Below, piece after piece: positions 46,335-48,081 of a stretch of 48,081 nt of DNA. The stretch spans positions 543,425 to 591,505 of the forward strand of contig NMRA01000037.1 of the NCBI GenBank assembly GCA_002633005.1, written 5' to 3'. The position numbers and the translations under genes were made by a program. The notes below the pieces were generated by a model. It had not been told where the DNA came from. It worked only from the letters and a program-made list of their open reading frames with translations, and made no database searches. This DNA is from Phoronis australis (lineage: Eukaryota > Animalia > Phoronida). Position 1 is the stretch's first letter; every line of letters starts with the position of its first letter.

Positions 46335-47594
46335 ACACCACAGACACTTACAGAGGACATGGCAAAAGGAGCGGACTTTATGTTATGTATACTTCCTACT
46401 TCTACCGTTGCCACTCAATGACACGAAAAGCGGAAGAACGATCTTCGTCTTTCAATTCTCATTGTAAACCGTAACCTAACGAGTTTGCTAATTATTTCGT
46501 TCATATTTCCATGGTTTATTTTTTATTTTCGATAGTTATGGTTGGTGAAACGTTTTGAGCTACTGTCATTGTTATAAAAATTAATACAAGTTTACAGAGA
46601 ACTTCCCAGTATTGCATTTAGTTTCCCGTGGTCAAGGTTATCAGACGTCGTGCACAAAACCTAAGAAAAAATTCTCAAAATACACACCACTGAAAATTGC
46701 AGTCTTCGCTTTCTGTCAAAATCTTTTGGCTCTTGTTACCAGCTATTGTAAAACTGGTCTTATTTGCTCCGAAGGTTAGAAATGGTTTCAGGCTGAGCTT
46801 GTGAAGAACAGACAGTTCTTTGGTATTTCAGACCAGGATAGGTACCTTGTGCGTCCTTGGCCCACGCCGAATAATGTTTTTTTCACAGAAAAAAAATACC
46901 CAAGTGTTTCGCATGAAGGCCTTAAACGTCACTTGTAGGGTGCCATTATACATCGCTTAAATAGTTGACGTTTGATTGAATACATCAATGTCAGCGTTTT
47001 GTCTAGTTTCACTCGTGTATTTCGAAACTTTGTTCCTTGATTTTACTGAAGTGTTTCCCACGATAACGCGCATGCCCAATTCCGGATACAGACGCACAGA
47101 CGCAGCTTCAAATTTTAGCCCATGGACCTATGAATACTGTTATTTAGGTGCATGTAAATCGCTTGTCACAGCCGGTTAGTTTCAGCATTCTAGGGAATAT
47201 CAGACGCAACTTATTTCAATGCAATTCAAACAAAAGGTAGGAATGCAAAAACATTGCTTTGGAAGAGAAAATATACGAAAACACGACAGACGATTTTTGA
47301 CACCAGGGTACGGGATCTTTTCTCCAATCGGGCCAGACTTTACTTTAAATCGAAATTTAACCAACCACGCTGCAGGATTAGTGTCAGCGGAAATTTGTAA
47401 GTTTACTTGTAGCGTGACCTGGAATTGGTTAGTTTCCAGAATAGAATTGAAGTCTGGAGAAAATGAACGGTTTGGTCCTCACGGGAAAGTTTACTGAGCA
47501 ACACGCAAATATTATATTCCACGTCCCAAATATTCAGCAACAACATTACAAATAGAGCATTTTCTTAAAGCCCAACTCGCGTTACTGTAGCATT

Positions 47595-47652
47595 GTGTGT
47601 GTGCGCGCGTGCGTGTGTGCGTGCGTGTGCACGTGCGCATGTGTGCGTGCGT
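47595..47652. repeat. (GT/GC)n alternating purine-pyrimidine microsatellite
   Basis: gtgtgtgtgcgcgcgtgcgtgtgtgcgtgcgtgtgcacgtgcgcatgtgtgcgtgcgt. Confidence 0.9.
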
Positions 47653-47818
47653 CTATAAGTTTGTATGTATACAATGGCGGATCTAGGATATCTTATGGGG
47701 ATCTCCAATCACAACTGTTGAATGAAAATATCCACAAAGAATCGTCCAGTAAAGGAAGTCATCAGGAAATCTTGAAAAATTCGAGAATGACAAGTTGTGT
47801 CAAAGAACCTGCTGACAG

Positions 47819-47872
47819 AAGTTTGTATCACTGTGACATACTAAGTTTGTATCACTGTGACATACTAAGTTT
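47819..47872. repeat. 24-bp perfect tandem duplication
   Basis: AAGTTTGTATCACTGTGACATACT twice, plus AAGTTT. Confidence 0.92.
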
Positions 47873-48081
47873 CGAAAAAACTCATAAGGGCAAGCGGAGC
47901 TATATGGATATGCAAACCGAACAACTTGAGTTCAATTATGACCAACAACTCGATAAAATTCTTGGCGAAATTTTATTTCACTAAGTAACTAGAAACTTTC
48001 ACGACCAATACTTGACGAATTTCATTTCGAGAAGTAAAAAGTGGGCTATATCGAGACATAGGCGGATTTAGGGGGGGGGGG

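Overview
Eukaryotic, invertebrate-type animal genomic DNA (AT-rich, GT-AG introns, one N gap) with three intron-containing genes, all on the + strand, assembled exon by exon with consistent intron phases. (1) An SR splicing factor of the SRSF7/9G8 type (RRM + CCHC zinc knuckle + RS domain; 5 coding exons, 282..8908, 250 aa). (2) A lysosomal acid alpha-glucosidase (GAA-like, GH31, trefoil domain, WIDMNE and HWLGDN catalytic motifs; 19 coding exons, 10807..26674, 948 aa). (3) A transgelin/myophilin/MP20-family protein (CH domain + one calponin repeat; 5 coding exons, 40425..46334, 197 aa). Introns and intergenic DNA carry a Helentron/HINE-like element, three MITEs each with a 5-bp target-site duplication, and short tandem repeats. 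Most notable observations: a candidate ~434-nt stop-containing 'poison' cassette exon right after the SRSF7 zinc-knuckle exon, plus a weaker second candidate; an array of about 12 co-oriented CTCF-like motifs inside the Helentron-like element; and a 36-bp triplication across an intron/exon junction of the transgelin-like gene that gives three in-frame acceptors. All of this was read by eye; nothing has been checked against databases or expression data.
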